From the NCBI GenBank assembly GCA_949289565.1, contig CASEOO010000030.1, positions 145,813-209,812 on the forward strand: a DNA stretch of 64,000 nt. Reading direction: 5' to 3'. A program made the translations under genes and the position numbers. This DNA comes from an uncultured Bacteroidales bacterium. Its GTDB lineage: Bacteria; Bacteroidota; Bacteroidia; Bacteroidales; UBA932. Position 1 is the stretch's first letter. The number at the start of each line of letters is the position of its first letter. Shown piece by piece: positions 47,101-55,669 of this stretch. The notes under the pieces are model-generated. The model was given only the letters and a program-made list of their open reading frames with translations, was not told where the DNA came from and did not search any database.

Positions 47101-49008
47101 GCAGATTACGAGCGTCTTGAAAAATTCTATGAAAACAAGGTGCAGCAAATCCATATCGTAGGCGAGTATGCCAGGAAGATGATAGATGACTACAAGGATG
47201 CCCTGCAGTTTGTCGAGGATTATTTCCAGATGGGATATCCGTTTTTTCTGTCCAAATATTTCAAGGGCAGGCAGAAAGAAATTTCTGCCAATATCACACC
47301 GGCCAAATTCAGACAGATTTTCGGGGAGCTTTCCCCTTCCCAGCTTAAGATCATAAATGACAAGGATGCAAAATATATAGTAGTCGCAGCTGGCCCGGGA
47401 AGCGGGAAAACACGGGTGCTGGTGCATAAGCTGGCGTCGTTGATGATGCTGGAGGATGTGAAGCATGAACAGCTTCTGATGCTGACTTTTTCACGGGCCG
47501 CTGCCAATGAGTTTAAAACCAGGCTCTATGCCTTGATAGGCAATGCCGCCGCCTTTGTGGAAATCAAGACTTTTCATTCATATTGCTTTGACTTGCTGGG
47601 CAGGGTGGGGAGCGTCGAAAAGTCAGAAGATGTCGTCAGGACAGCAGTTTCGAAAATCAATGCTGGAGAGGTGGATGTCGGCAGGATTACCAAGACTGTC
47701 CTGGTGATAGATGAGGCCCAGGATATGGATTGTGATGAATTTGAGCTGGTGAAAACCTTGATAAAAAACAACGAGGACATGCGTGTCATTGCCGTAGGCG
47801 ATGATGACCAGAATATCTATGAATTCAGGGGCTCCAGTTCGGAATATATGAAGGGGCTTCTGTCGATGCCTGGAGCTGTGAAATATGAACTCGTAGAGAA
47901 TTATCGGAGCAAGAGGAATTTAGTGGAGTTTTCCGATCATTGCGTCCGTCTTGTCAGATCCCGCATGAAAAGCGGGCCGATTCTTCCTAAAAGGGATGGA
48001 AACGGGGTGCTGAAACTGGTGAGGCATTGCGGCCGGAATCTTGAAGTTCCTGTGGTTAGCGGCATTATGTCGGCGAGGCTGGCCGGCACTGTGGCTGTGT
48101 TGACAAGGACGAATGACGAGGCTCTGACAATTGCGGGCCTGCTTATGAGGAATGGCTTGCCGGCTCGTCTTATACAGTCAAATGATGGGTTCAATCTGTC
48201 AAAACTTGCGGAAATCAATTATTTCATGTATATGGCAGGATTCAGAAATGCCGGCCATGTCATAGAAGAACAAGACTGGAACAGGGCAAAGGCAAGAATG
48301 TTTGACAGATATGCCGGCAGTGACAAGCTTGATCTGTGCTGCAGACTGTTCCAGGCCTTCGAAGCTGCAAACCAGAAATCAAAGTATAAGTCGGATTTTG
48401 AAATATTTTTAGCAGAGTCCAGGCTCGAAGACTTCAGTCCTGCGGATTCATCTGCCATCCTGGTTTCCACGATACATAAGGTGAAAGGAAAAGAATTTGA
48501 CAATGTATTCCTGATGCTGGATAATTTTTCACCAGAATCTGATGAATCTTTGCGCCAGCTGTATGTGGCGATGACCAGAGCAAAGGATTGTCTGTATATT
48601 CACCTGAACGGTACATTTCTGGACAGAATTGAGGCCGACGGTATAGAGAGAATATATGACAGGAATATTTATGGGCCTCCTGAGGAAATATCTCTGAATG
48701 CTTCGATGCCTGATGTCTGGCTGAGTGACTTCAGAAGCAGGCAGCTGCCGGTATCTAATCTAAGATGCGGAGACAGGCTTGAGGTGATAGACGGGAAAAT
48801 ATGCGACAAATATGGGACTGAGGTCGTTAAACTCTCAAGTTCAATGCAGGGGAAAGTCCGGAAGGTGGAATCCCGAGGGTATGTCTTGTCTGGGGCGAAT
48901 GTGAATTTTGTTGTCTGGTGGCATGAAGAAAATCAGGAGAAGGATATTATGGTCCTTCTCCCGACTTTGCATTTCGTACTGCGTGGCGGCGGTGGAGAGC
49001 TAAGATAA
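44134..49008 (+). CDS. 1624-aa fusion protein: DEDD 3'-5' exonuclease + RecQ-family helicase + UvrD/PcrA-family helicase
   Basis: Exo I motif FIDTE (D at 44155) and Exo II motif GHNAINHDL. RecQ motifs 0-VI: FGFSSFR, PTGGGKS at about 45049, DEAH at 45355-45366, CFTATA, QEAGRAGRD. UvrD motifs: GPGSGKT at 47392-47412, VIDEAQD, GDDDQNIYEFRG, ENYRS, TIHKVKGKEFD, LYVAMTRAK. Confidence 0.85.
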   Translation: MGVIAFIDTEIEAKHGKILDAGGFRSDGREYHGRSMTDFANFLKGADYLCGHNAINHDLKYLESAIPSVSRMKDRTIDTLYWSPLLFPRRPYHALLKDDKLQADELNNPLNDSKKACDLFNDEVAAFLRLNENLKEIYFRLLGSVSEFKAFFSFMDYPESGKSNGGFISRMFPGMSARETERLIKEYLGGRICANAKLEKYVLSEPVALSYAVAIVDTMTADHSERSLTPPWVLRNFPAVEQIVFRLRSSPCLKGCQYCREASDIHAGLKRWFGFSSFRTYDGEPLQEKAVRAAMENKSLLAVFPTGGGKSLTFQLPALMAGENASALTVVISPLQSLMKDQVDNLETKGVTEAVTVNGLLDPIERAKSFERVENGSASILYISPEALRSVSIERILLKRNIARFVIDEAHCFSSWGQDFRVDYLYIADFIKSIQEKKNLQESIPVSCFTATAKPQVIEDIMSYFKSHLYIDLELFTAAVSRPNLHYTVLPEADDTEKYQALRRLLEGNDCPAIVYVTRTKKAEEIAEYLRQDGFQACAYHGKMSSETKIANQNAFMDGSVRIMVATSAFGMGVDKSDVGLVVHFEISDSLENYVQEAGRAGRDQSIEADCYVLFNEDDLSKHFLLLNQTKMTIKEIRQVWKAVKDLTRFRSRISNSALEIARQAGWDDGVSDIETRVRTALASLEQAGYLKRGQNMPRIFATGILARTAQEAIDKIESSPRFDEGRTREHAVRIIKMLVASRSRKGSPLDEAESRVDYISDLLGIPKKDTVHAINLLREERILADSKDVTAYFSKDDSARKPVAALNSFAAVENFLSGQIKDCDAVKWEYKWLNETASSAGVKGAAEKNVKTILNIWAINGWIKKRSHSGSKNVVEVKSEIPAEKLKERIQERQKLALFIVEYIYGLVSANPEAYDTGYVDFSILELKDAYINSALDSSSEISADDVEDALFYLSRIGALKIEGGFMVIYNTMTIERLEMDNKRQYKIADYERLEKFYENKVQQIHIVGEYARKMIDDYKDALQFVEDYFQMGYPFFLSKYFKGRQKEISANITPAKFRQIFGELSPSQLKIINDKDAKYIVVAAGPGSGKTRVLVHKLASLMMLEDVKHEQLLMLTFSRAAANEFKTRLYALIGNAAAFVEIKTFHSYCFDLLGRVGSVEKSEDVVRTAVSKINAGEVDVGRITKTVLVIDEAQDMDCDEFELVKTLIKNNEDMRVIAVGDDDQNIYEFRGSSSEYMKGLLSMPGAVKYELVENYRSKRNLVEFSDHCVRLVRSRMKSGPILPKRDGNGVLKLVRHCGRNLEVPVVSGIMSARLAGTVAVLTRTNDEALTIAGLLMRNGLPARLIQSNDGFNLSKLAEINYFMYMAGFRNAGHVIEEQDWNRAKARMFDRYAGSDKLDLCCRLFQAFEAANQKSKYKSDFEIFLAESRLEDFSPADSSAILVSTIHKVKGKEFDNVFLMLDNFSPESDESLRQLYVAMTRAKDCLYIHLNGTFLDRIEADGIERIYDRNIYGPPEEISLNASMPDVWLSDFRSRQLPVSNLRCGDRLEVIDGKICDKYGTEVVKLSSSMQGKVRKVESRGYVLSGANVNFVVWWHEENQEKDIMVLLPTLHFVLRGGGGELR

Positions 49009-49029
49009 ATTGTCACGGACGTGACAATT
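49008..49029. terminator. Shared hairpin between the convergent helicase and SGNH hydrolase genes
   Basis: 9-bp stem AATTGTCAC (49008-49016) pairs with GTGACAATT (49021-49029). Loop GGAC. No clear U-tract on either strand. Confidence 0.4.
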
Positions 49030-49031
49030 AC

Positions 49032-50120
49032 CTATCTGATTCCGTATTTTTTCAGAATTTTCAGTATGGGTTTCTCGATGGAGCGGGCCCATGCCATATA
49101 GCCCATATCTGACGGATGAGTGCCGTCGACAGAACTTTCCCTGGCGTCTTTTCCTGTGTCAGGAGTGATGAAATAGACATCCTTGTATTTTTTCACAGCT
49201 TCATTCATCAGTTTTTCTGCCATGTCCATCTTGGCCTGTTCGTTTCTGTCGTTGATCAGGCTGAAATTCCGGCTTTCCCTGTATATGGTCTGCATGAAGA
49301 TAAGTGGCACGCCAGGATGGGCCTCCTGTATCTTTTCTATGAACGGGAACAGCCTCTCTTTTATCATGGACGCTCCTGGATTTGAGAATGCATCGAAAAT
49401 GAATGCGTCAGCTTCCACATCTGCCAGGACGTCTGCAAAGTATGGCTGCATTTTGCAGTTCCCGCTGCATCCGAGGCTGAGAATCTGCAGCCCTGTGTGC
49501 CTCATGAACTGCATCGGATATGACATCCCCGGACGGCTGATGCTTATTCCCTGGGTGTAGCTTGAGCCGAATATGGCTATCCTGTGCCTGAAAGGCGACT
49601 CCATGCTTTCCAGCGAAGCGCCTTCCTCCACTCCTATCTTTACTGAATATAATTCGCTGTATATAGGCAGATAGAGCATGCATTCCTTTTCTGCATGGTC
49701 CATGTCGCTTATCAGCACCAGAGGCCTGTCTGATTTGGGATCGGCTGTCTTGGACGCGGCGTAGGTCCATACTCCGTCTTTCATGATATAGAGGTCATAG
49801 CCTCGGAGGGCTATACCCATCGTATTCGGAGCAGTGTTGTAATATCCGAACTCGCTTTTCACGGAAATGGTCGATGAGTTTGTCTTGAAAATCACGGCCA
49901 TTCCGGCAGGGCATCTTACCTGCTCGTTTTCTCCTTTTGTAAATCCTTTGTATTTGCAAGTGTCCACGCGATGATAAGGATTCGGGGTGTCCGGCAGAAT
50001 CTTTCCTATCAGGTTCAGTTCAGATGCTTCAGTGAATTCATACTTCACATTCTTCGGTGTCTGGGCCAGGATCGGCACGGCAAGCATCAGCATTGCGGAG
50101 AAAATCAGAATTTTTTTCAT
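49032..50120 (-). CDS. Secreted SGNH/GDSL-like hydrolase (probable carbohydrate esterase) with N-terminal beta-sandwich domain
   Basis: Signal peptide (LAVPILAQ), GDS-like block IAIFGSSYTQG, and a C-terminal DGTHPSD block consistent with the SGNH catalytic Asp/His. Confidence 0.65.
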   Translation of the reverse strand: MKKILIFSAMLMLAVPILAQTPKNVKYEFTEASELNLIGKILPDTPNPYHRVDTCKYKGFTKGENEQVRCPAGMAVIFKTNSSTISVKSEFGYYNTAPNTMGIALRGYDLYIMKDGVWTYAASKTADPKSDRPLVLISDMDHAEKECMLYLPIYSELYSVKIGVEEGASLESMESPFRHRIAIFGSSYTQGISISRPGMSYPMQFMRHTGLQILSLGCSGNCKMQPYFADVLADVEADAFIFDAFSNPGASMIKERLFPFIEKIQEAHPGVPLIFMQTIYRESRNFSLINDRNEQAKMDMAEKLMNEAVKKYKDVYFITPDTGKDARESSVDGTHPSDMGYMAWARSIEKPILKILKKYGIR

Positions 50121-50422
50121 GTTCGGATATTGTTTTAATGTTTCATTTCATAACCGGCATTCCATGACATGTTGATGGATATTGGCGGGATGTATTTGTA
50201 AATATATGAAAAATTCTGAGAACCGGGACATGTATTATAATATTGCGGGCAAAGAGTGCCCAAAGCGAGTCTTATACGTATTGTCCGGAATAATATAGTA
50301 GGCATGATAGTTCCTGTTTTGGAAAAATGACGTATATTTGCAAAAATATGAACAGATTAGACATAAGAATATGTAGGAAAGAATAACATAAGGGACATAT
50401 AAGCAGTATTTACTATTGGTTG

Positions 50423-50560
50423 TGGCGTACAGAACTTCCACTTTTATACAACAACTACAGCAATAGATAGCAAATACTCACACGATAGTGTGGGTGTTTT
50501 TGCATGTAGTTGTAGGTTGTGGAAGACCTTGTACGCAGCAAAGGTATCCACACTTTTTTT
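50423..50560 (+). promoter_or_regulatory. Long imperfect palindrome/hairpin followed by T7 in the leader of the downstream lipoprotein operon
   Basis: Nested complementary blocks: GCGTACA/TGTACGC, CTTCCAC/GTGGAAG, ACAACTAC/GTAGTTGT, and a central CACAC-GATA-GTGTG. An alternative pairing, GTGTGG (50488-50493) with CCACAC (50548-50553), is followed by TTTTTTT (50554-50560). Confidence 0.3.
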
Positions 50561-50608
50561 ATGCCCGGAACAGAGCGCAAGAAATAACACATCAAAAACA
50601 TTATAGCT

Positions 50609-51277
50609 ATGAAAACAAACATTATTCTGACAGCGGCTGCTGTCCTTCCTCTTTTGGTGTCATGCGGAGCATCAAGACAGTCGGTTCAACAGACTCAGCC
50701 GGATGTACAGAAAGCGGCAGTTTCAGGTACAGAAGCCAAAGTGAAGGAATGGCAGGCAAAAGGTTTTTCGGTGACAGGGGCGATGTCGACCTTCACCATG
50801 TATGATCTTCTGGAAATGCACAACAGGAAAATCCTGTCAGACCCGGACAATATAGTTCCGGCATTCGGTACAGGCATCGGAGCAGACAAGGCCACGGCAC
50901 AGTATGCGGCGCTTAACAATGCCGCGACCATGTACGCAACCAAGGCAGGAAGCGTGGTTTCAGGCGGAATGACAAACCAGTTCAGCACATTCGGGGAGCA
51001 GGGCAACAAGCTGATGGGGGCCTATACTCAGAAAGTGCAGGAATATATAATGCCGATAATGAGAGAAAGCCTTTCAGTCAGCAGGATAATCACGGAAAGT
51101 GTACCGCAGAAAGGCAGGTATGAGGTCGAGTCGTATTATATAATAGATGAATCCAAAGCTGCGGAAGCCAGGAGGAATGCCATGAATGAGGCCCTTGAAG
51201 AGACCGCAACGGAGCAGATATTCGGAGATGCTGTCGATGCATGGGTGAAAGAGTTTGTGAGACCGGATGTGGAGTAG
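50609..51277 (+). CDS. Lipoprotein of unknown function
   Basis: Lipobox (LPLLVSC). 222 aa with no catalytic motif I recognise. Confidence 0.55.
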   Translation: MKTNIILTAAAVLPLLVSCGASRQSVQQTQPDVQKAAVSGTEAKVKEWQAKGFSVTGAMSTFTMYDLLEMHNRKILSDPDNIVPAFGTGIGADKATAQYAALNNAATMYATKAGSVVSGGMTNQFSTFGEQGNKLMGAYTQKVQEYIMPIMRESLSVSRIITESVPQKGRYEVESYYIIDESKAAEARRNAMNEALEETATEQIFGDAVDAWVKEFVRPDVE

Positions 51278-51280
51278 GCG

Positions 51281-52186
51281 ATGAGGTTCGTTTTATCGGT
51301 TCTGGTCCTGATAGTCTTCACTACGGAGAATGTGCAGGCACAGAAGGTCATCCGTTCGTCATCCAGGATCAAACCTGTATGGATAAGGAATGTTGCATCT
51401 TTGGACAGGCAGCGTCATACCGGAACATACGAGTTCAGGATGGTGGAGAATTCCGGAGAGTCTCTACCCCAGCTTGAAAAGGACAGGATTTATGCCCTGG
51501 GAACGTATCTGGAATCCACGCATGACATTTCAGGAGTCATAGAAAGGGATTATGAAGATGTCCTGAGAGGCAACGGCTATACGGACAGGATATCGAATAG
51601 TCTTACATTCAAGACGAAAACATCGGTCCGGACATTCAATGCCGTGATGATAGACAATTATTGGGAGCAGGTAAGAGTCCCCGGGATCGGCATAAGATAC
51701 AATTATTACACGTTGTATGCGGTGACAGACCATCCCGGCGATTTCATCACAGATGATTTTGGAACGACGGAACTGTACGGGGCGAGAGGACTGTGGCGTT
51801 CGGCGATTGTGCCTGGCTGGGGACAGCTGTACAAGGGTCAGACAGTGAAAGGCAGTCTGATTCTTGGAGGATGCGCGGCACTGGCTGGCGGGATAGCTGT
51901 GACGGAAGTCCTCAGACAGGACTGTATCAGGCAGATATCACAGACGCACGAGGCATACCAGAAACAGGCGTATGCTGTCAGAGTGAATAATTACGCGACG
52001 GCGAGGAATATCTGTATCGGGGCAGCCGCCGCACTGTATGTATATGGTCTGATAGATTCGATAGTGTCTCCCGGAGCGAGACGGATAACCGTCATGGACA
52101 GGGTGGCTGGAGGCAGACGCTGGTCTGCAGTTCCTGCGGTGCTCCCGGAAGGGGCGGCCGGGATAGCGGCAGTCATGAAGTTTTAA
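51281..52186 (+). CDS. Membrane-associated protein with DUF5683-like segment
   Basis: Signal peptide (ENVQAQ). The motif WRSAIVPGWGQLYKGQ followed by hydrophobic helices is typical of the Bacteroidetes DUF5683 family. The start is 3 nt after the upstream stop. Confidence 0.5.
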   Translation: MRFVLSVLVLIVFTTENVQAQKVIRSSSRIKPVWIRNVASLDRQRHTGTYEFRMVENSGESLPQLEKDRIYALGTYLESTHDISGVIERDYEDVLRGNGYTDRISNSLTFKTKTSVRTFNAVMIDNYWEQVRVPGIGIRYNYYTLYAVTDHPGDFITDDFGTTELYGARGLWRSAIVPGWGQLYKGQTVKGSLILGGCAALAGGIAVTEVLRQDCIRQISQTHEAYQKQAYAVRVNNYATARNICIGAAAALYVYGLIDSIVSPGARRITVMDRVAGGRRWSAVPAVLPEGAAGIAAVMKF

Positions 52187-52208
52187 ACTGGAAAAAGAAA
52201 ATTAATTA

Positions 52209-53894
52209 ATGAAAAAAGTATTGTTGTTATTCAGTTCCATTGCAGCCTTTGTGTTGTCAGGCTGCAATGAGTATGAAGTGGACATGTTCGGAAGCATCAG
52301 CGGAGTCGTGTCAGATTCTGAAATGAACGAGCCGCTTTCCGGCGTGAAAGTGGCCTTGTCTCCCGGAGGTGTATCTCAGGTGACATCGAATGACGGGACT
52401 TTCGCTTTCGAAGGATTGTCCGCCCAGGAATATTCTCTGACTTTCACGAGAACAGGCTATGCCAGCCAGACACAGAAAGTGGCGGTCAAGGCCGGTGTGA
52501 CATCAAGTGTGCAGGTAACATTGGAGACCTCAGGTCCTGTGCTTTACGTATCCGAGGAGAAACTCGATTTCGAAGCGGATCTTACGATATTGTCTTTCGA
52601 TATCAGAAATGACGGAGACGGTGAACTGGAGTGGAAAATTTCCGAAAATGCAGACTGGATAGAATGCTCGGAATCAAGCGGAACGGCTGGGAATGGAACA
52701 TCATCGGTGACAGTGACGGTGTCGCGTTCGGATATAGAGCCGGGAACATACAGGGAGACGATAGTGGTGACTTCAAACGGAGGAGGGGAAACCATAGAGG
52801 TGACTATGACTGTCCAGGACAGTTTTTCCCAGTTTTATGTGACTCCTGAGAGCCTGGATTTCGGAGCGGAGGATATATCGCTGGAACTGCGGATTTACAA
52901 TGCCTGCGATTCGAAAATAAACTGGACGGCAGAGTCTGAAAACGGTTGGGTGATACTGGACAGAAAGTCAGGAAGCCTTCAGGCAGGAGACGAGGAGCGC
53001 ATTTCAGTGATAGTTTCACGGGAAGGTCTGTCTGCCGGTGATTATACATCCGGAATCAGATTCATGGCCGGGGGAAAGGCCGTGGATGTGCCAGTAAGGA
53101 TGTCCGTGGCATCGGAAGAAAAGCCCGTAGTGTCTATCGAACGTGTTTCCGGGATAACTTACAGCAGCGCATCCGTATCAGGCGCCATCATATCCGTAGG
53201 TACATCCGGCGTCAGCAGATACGGATTCTGCTGGAGTACAAGCCAGAATCCTACGCTGTCCGGCGATCATTCCGATATGGGTGATTGCATTTCTCCAAAA
53301 GCGTTTACAGGTACGATATCGAATCTCAAGTCCGAGACGAAGTATTATGTAAGGGCCTATGCGGAGAACGACGAGGGCATATCATATAGCGAGAAAACCC
53401 TGTCTTTCACGACATCGTCGTATGGCGGAGGCGGCAGTGGAGACGATGATGAACCTGTGGTGGAAGACTACAGTTCGGCGACTGTGGAGTCAGGGGACAG
53501 CAGGATTGTCCCTGAAATCGTAAGCTGCAAGAGAAGCGGTTCTACTGTCACTCTGACATATACACTGCGCAACAATGGTTTGGGAAGCATAAATGATTTC
53601 AGAATATATACTACGAACAGCAGCAGTCTGATTTCAGGCGGATACCGGACTGTGATAACGGACGACAACTACAACAATTATGTGACGTCTACCTATAAAT
53701 TCAACAATGTGACCCAAAGCCAGAATTATATCCTGAATGCGGCTTTCCCTGACAGGGTGAAGGTTACCGGGTCGGTAACTGTTCCGGATTTCGACCGTTC
53801 GGCAGAAAAATTGACGGTAATACTCGGAATATGGGCGTATGGCGAAACCCTCGCCGACCCTCGTATTTACTTTGAGGATGTCCCGATTTACTGA
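52209..53894 (+). CDS. Surface lipoprotein with a carboxypeptidase-regulatory-like domain, BACON-like repeats and an Ig/FN3-like region
   Basis: Lipobox (FVLSGC), a CarboxypepD_reg-like segment (GVVSDSEMNEPLSGVKVALSPGG ... YSLTFTRTGY), and two BACON-like segments (LDFEADLTILSF...VTVTVSR and LDFGAEDISLEL...VIVSRE). Confidence 0.6.
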   Translation: MKKVLLLFSSIAAFVLSGCNEYEVDMFGSISGVVSDSEMNEPLSGVKVALSPGGVSQVTSNDGTFAFEGLSAQEYSLTFTRTGYASQTQKVAVKAGVTSSVQVTLETSGPVLYVSEEKLDFEADLTILSFDIRNDGDGELEWKISENADWIECSESSGTAGNGTSSVTVTVSRSDIEPGTYRETIVVTSNGGGETIEVTMTVQDSFSQFYVTPESLDFGAEDISLELRIYNACDSKINWTAESENGWVILDRKSGSLQAGDEERISVIVSREGLSAGDYTSGIRFMAGGKAVDVPVRMSVASEEKPVVSIERVSGITYSSASVSGAIISVGTSGVSRYGFCWSTSQNPTLSGDHSDMGDCISPKAFTGTISNLKSETKYYVRAYAENDEGISYSEKTLSFTTSSYGGGGSGDDDEPVVEDYSSATVESGDSRIVPEIVSCKRSGSTVTLTYTLRNNGLGSINDFRIYTTNSSSLISGGYRTVITDDNYNNYVTSTYKFNNVTQSQNYILNAAFPDRVKVTGSVTVPDFDRSAEKLTVILGIWAYGETLADPRIYFEDVPIY

Positions 53895-53910
53895 TAACCT
53901 GATTTTATTT

Positions 53911-53956
53911 ATTGACCGGAAAAATCATGGATTTCATGTTTTTCCCGGTCAATTTT
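53911..53956 (+). terminator. Long hairpin terminator after the lipoprotein operon
   Basis: ATTGACCGGAAAAATCATG ... CATGTTTTTCCCGGTCAAT forms a roughly 19-bp stem with one bulge, followed by TTT. Confidence 0.5.
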
Positions 53957-53958
53957 GA

Positions 53959-53966
53959 TATCTTTG
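53959..53966 (+). promoter_or_regulatory. -7 promoter box (TATCTTTG) for bcp
   Basis: Exact TAnnTTTG 32 nt upstream of the ATG at 53998. Confidence 0.4.
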
Positions 53967-53997
53967 ACAGAATGTTGGATCAGGAAAATCAAAGTAT

Positions 53998-54450
53998 ATG
54001 CTGAAAGAAGGAGACAGGATCCCGGATTTCCAGGCTCAGGACCAGGACGGGAACACAGTGACACAAAAGGATTTCGAAGGGAAGAGAATTGTGCTTTATT
54101 TCTATCCGAAAGACAGTACTCCGGGATGTACGGCAGAGGCCTGCAATCTGAGGGACAACTACGGCGCACTTCGCGCGGCCGGGTATGAAATATACGGGGT
54201 GAGCAAGGACAGTGCCGCCTCCCATGGAAGGTTCATCGAAAAGAATTCATTGCCTTTCACTCTCTTGTCCGACCCGTCCACGGAGATGCTTCAGGCATTC
54301 GGGGCATGGGGCGAAAAGAAGCTTTACGGAAAGGTCAGCATGGGGACGCTGCGCAAGACGTTCATCATCGCCGCCGACGGCACGGTGGAACGCATTATCA
54401 GCAAGGTCGACACGAAAAACCACACGGAGCAGATTCTGGGTGTGCAATAA
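53998..54450 (+). CDS. bcp: Thioredoxin-dependent thiol peroxidase (peroxiredoxin Bcp)
   Basis: 150-aa ORF with the peroxidatic Cys motif YFYPKDSTPGCTAEAC. Confidence 0.9.
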   Translation: MLKEGDRIPDFQAQDQDGNTVTQKDFEGKRIVLYFYPKDSTPGCTAEACNLRDNYGALRAAGYEIYGVSKDSAASHGRFIEKNSLPFTLLSDPSTEMLQAFGAWGEKKLYGKVSMGTLRKTFIIAADGTVERIISKVDTKNHTEQILGVQ

Positions 54451-55630
54451 TCCTGTTTTCGAGGAACACAGCCCCGCATGACAGGATATAGTAAACTATA
54501 ATCTGCACCGTCATGGCGGCTATCTGCGTCTCTGCCATGGCCAGTCCAGCCCCGGCGGTATTCATGTTCATGAAAGCCCGGACAGCGAAAGTCGACGGGA
54601 AAATGTATGAAAACCATCTCCAGAAAGCCGGGAAGCTGCTTTCCGGCCAGGAAAACCCTGTCAGGAACAAGCAGACGACCGACATAAGCAGGAATATCAC
54701 GAACACCGTCTCCCTGTGCCGGATGAACGTGCTGAAAGTGAAACTGAACACTACGCAGGCTGTCACGAAGAACATCAGCAGCACCAGTATGTCCCCGAAA
54801 GGGCAGTTCTGGGGCAGGCCGATCATACGTGGAGCCAGGACAGCCACATAGATGCCGATACCCATGTATAAAAGCCAGTAAGCGGCGCCTCTTCCCAGCA
54901 CAGTCCTCGAAATCCCGCGGCCTTGAAGCCTGTCCGGCATGACAGCGAAACTGCGATGCTCCTCCCTCATGGTCCCGGACAGCATCGACACTCCGAAAAA
55001 CATTGTCTGCTGGATGATGACAAGCAGCACGGCCGACAGAAAGAACACGCTGTATGACATAGCCCTGTTGTAAGGCATGGTATCTACGTACCTTATGGGA
55101 TGAACCAGCCTGTCAGCCGCACTTCCCATACCTGCGGCAGAAAGCCGTGCCTCCTGTATGCCGTGCATCTCGTCCAGCATCACCATGTTCACTGCCATCG
55201 TCAGATTCTTGTAATAGATGAAGCTGCTCATGTCCGCATAGACAGACACTCCTGCCTGCCTCCCGGAGGCGAGACATTCTTCGAAGTCCCTGTGAATCAG
55301 GACGATCCCGTGCACCTCCCTTTGTTGCATCAGTCTTTCGGCTTCAGCCATGTTCAGACAAGAACGGCTCACTTTTACCTCACGCGTTGCATCCAGCTTT
55401 CTCAGAAACCGCCTGCCAGTCTGGCTTCCGGACTCGTCCACTACGGCCACCGGCATGTCATCCAGCGTCCCGTTTGAGTAAATGATCCCGTACAGCACCG
55501 GATATGCCAGCCCTGCCAGAAAAAATATGATCAGGACACCGCTGTCGCTGAAAATATGTTTTAATTCCCGGACGAAAATGGCGTGCCAGTCGGAAAGCCA
55601 TTGTCCGAAATATGTCAGAATTTTAATCAT
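54398..55630 (-). CDS. ABC-2 type transporter permease (YhhJ/YbhS-like)
   Basis: 410-aa ORF with an N-terminal TM helix, a large periplasmic loop and a C-terminal cluster of TM helices. The 3' end overlaps bcp by 53 nt in convergent orientation. Confidence 0.75.
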   Translation of the reverse strand: MIKILTYFGQWLSDWHAIFVRELKHIFSDSGVLIIFFLAGLAYPVLYGIIYSNGTLDDMPVAVVDESGSQTGRRFLRKLDATREVKVSRSCLNMAEAERLMQQREVHGIVLIHRDFEECLASGRQAGVSVYADMSSFIYYKNLTMAVNMVMLDEMHGIQEARLSAAGMGSAADRLVHPIRYVDTMPYNRAMSYSVFFLSAVLLVIIQQTMFFGVSMLSGTMREEHRSFAVMPDRLQGRGISRTVLGRGAAYWLLYMGIGIYVAVLAPRMIGLPQNCPFGDILVLLMFFVTACVVFSFTFSTFIRHRETVFVIFLLMSVVCLFLTGFSWPESSFPAFWRWFSYIFPSTFAVRAFMNMNTAGAGLAMAETQIAAMTVQIIVYYILSCGAVFLENRIIAHPESAPCGFSCRPC

Positions 55631-55669
55631 TTCATATTGTTGGCAGTGGTTTCCACTGCCAATATTTTA

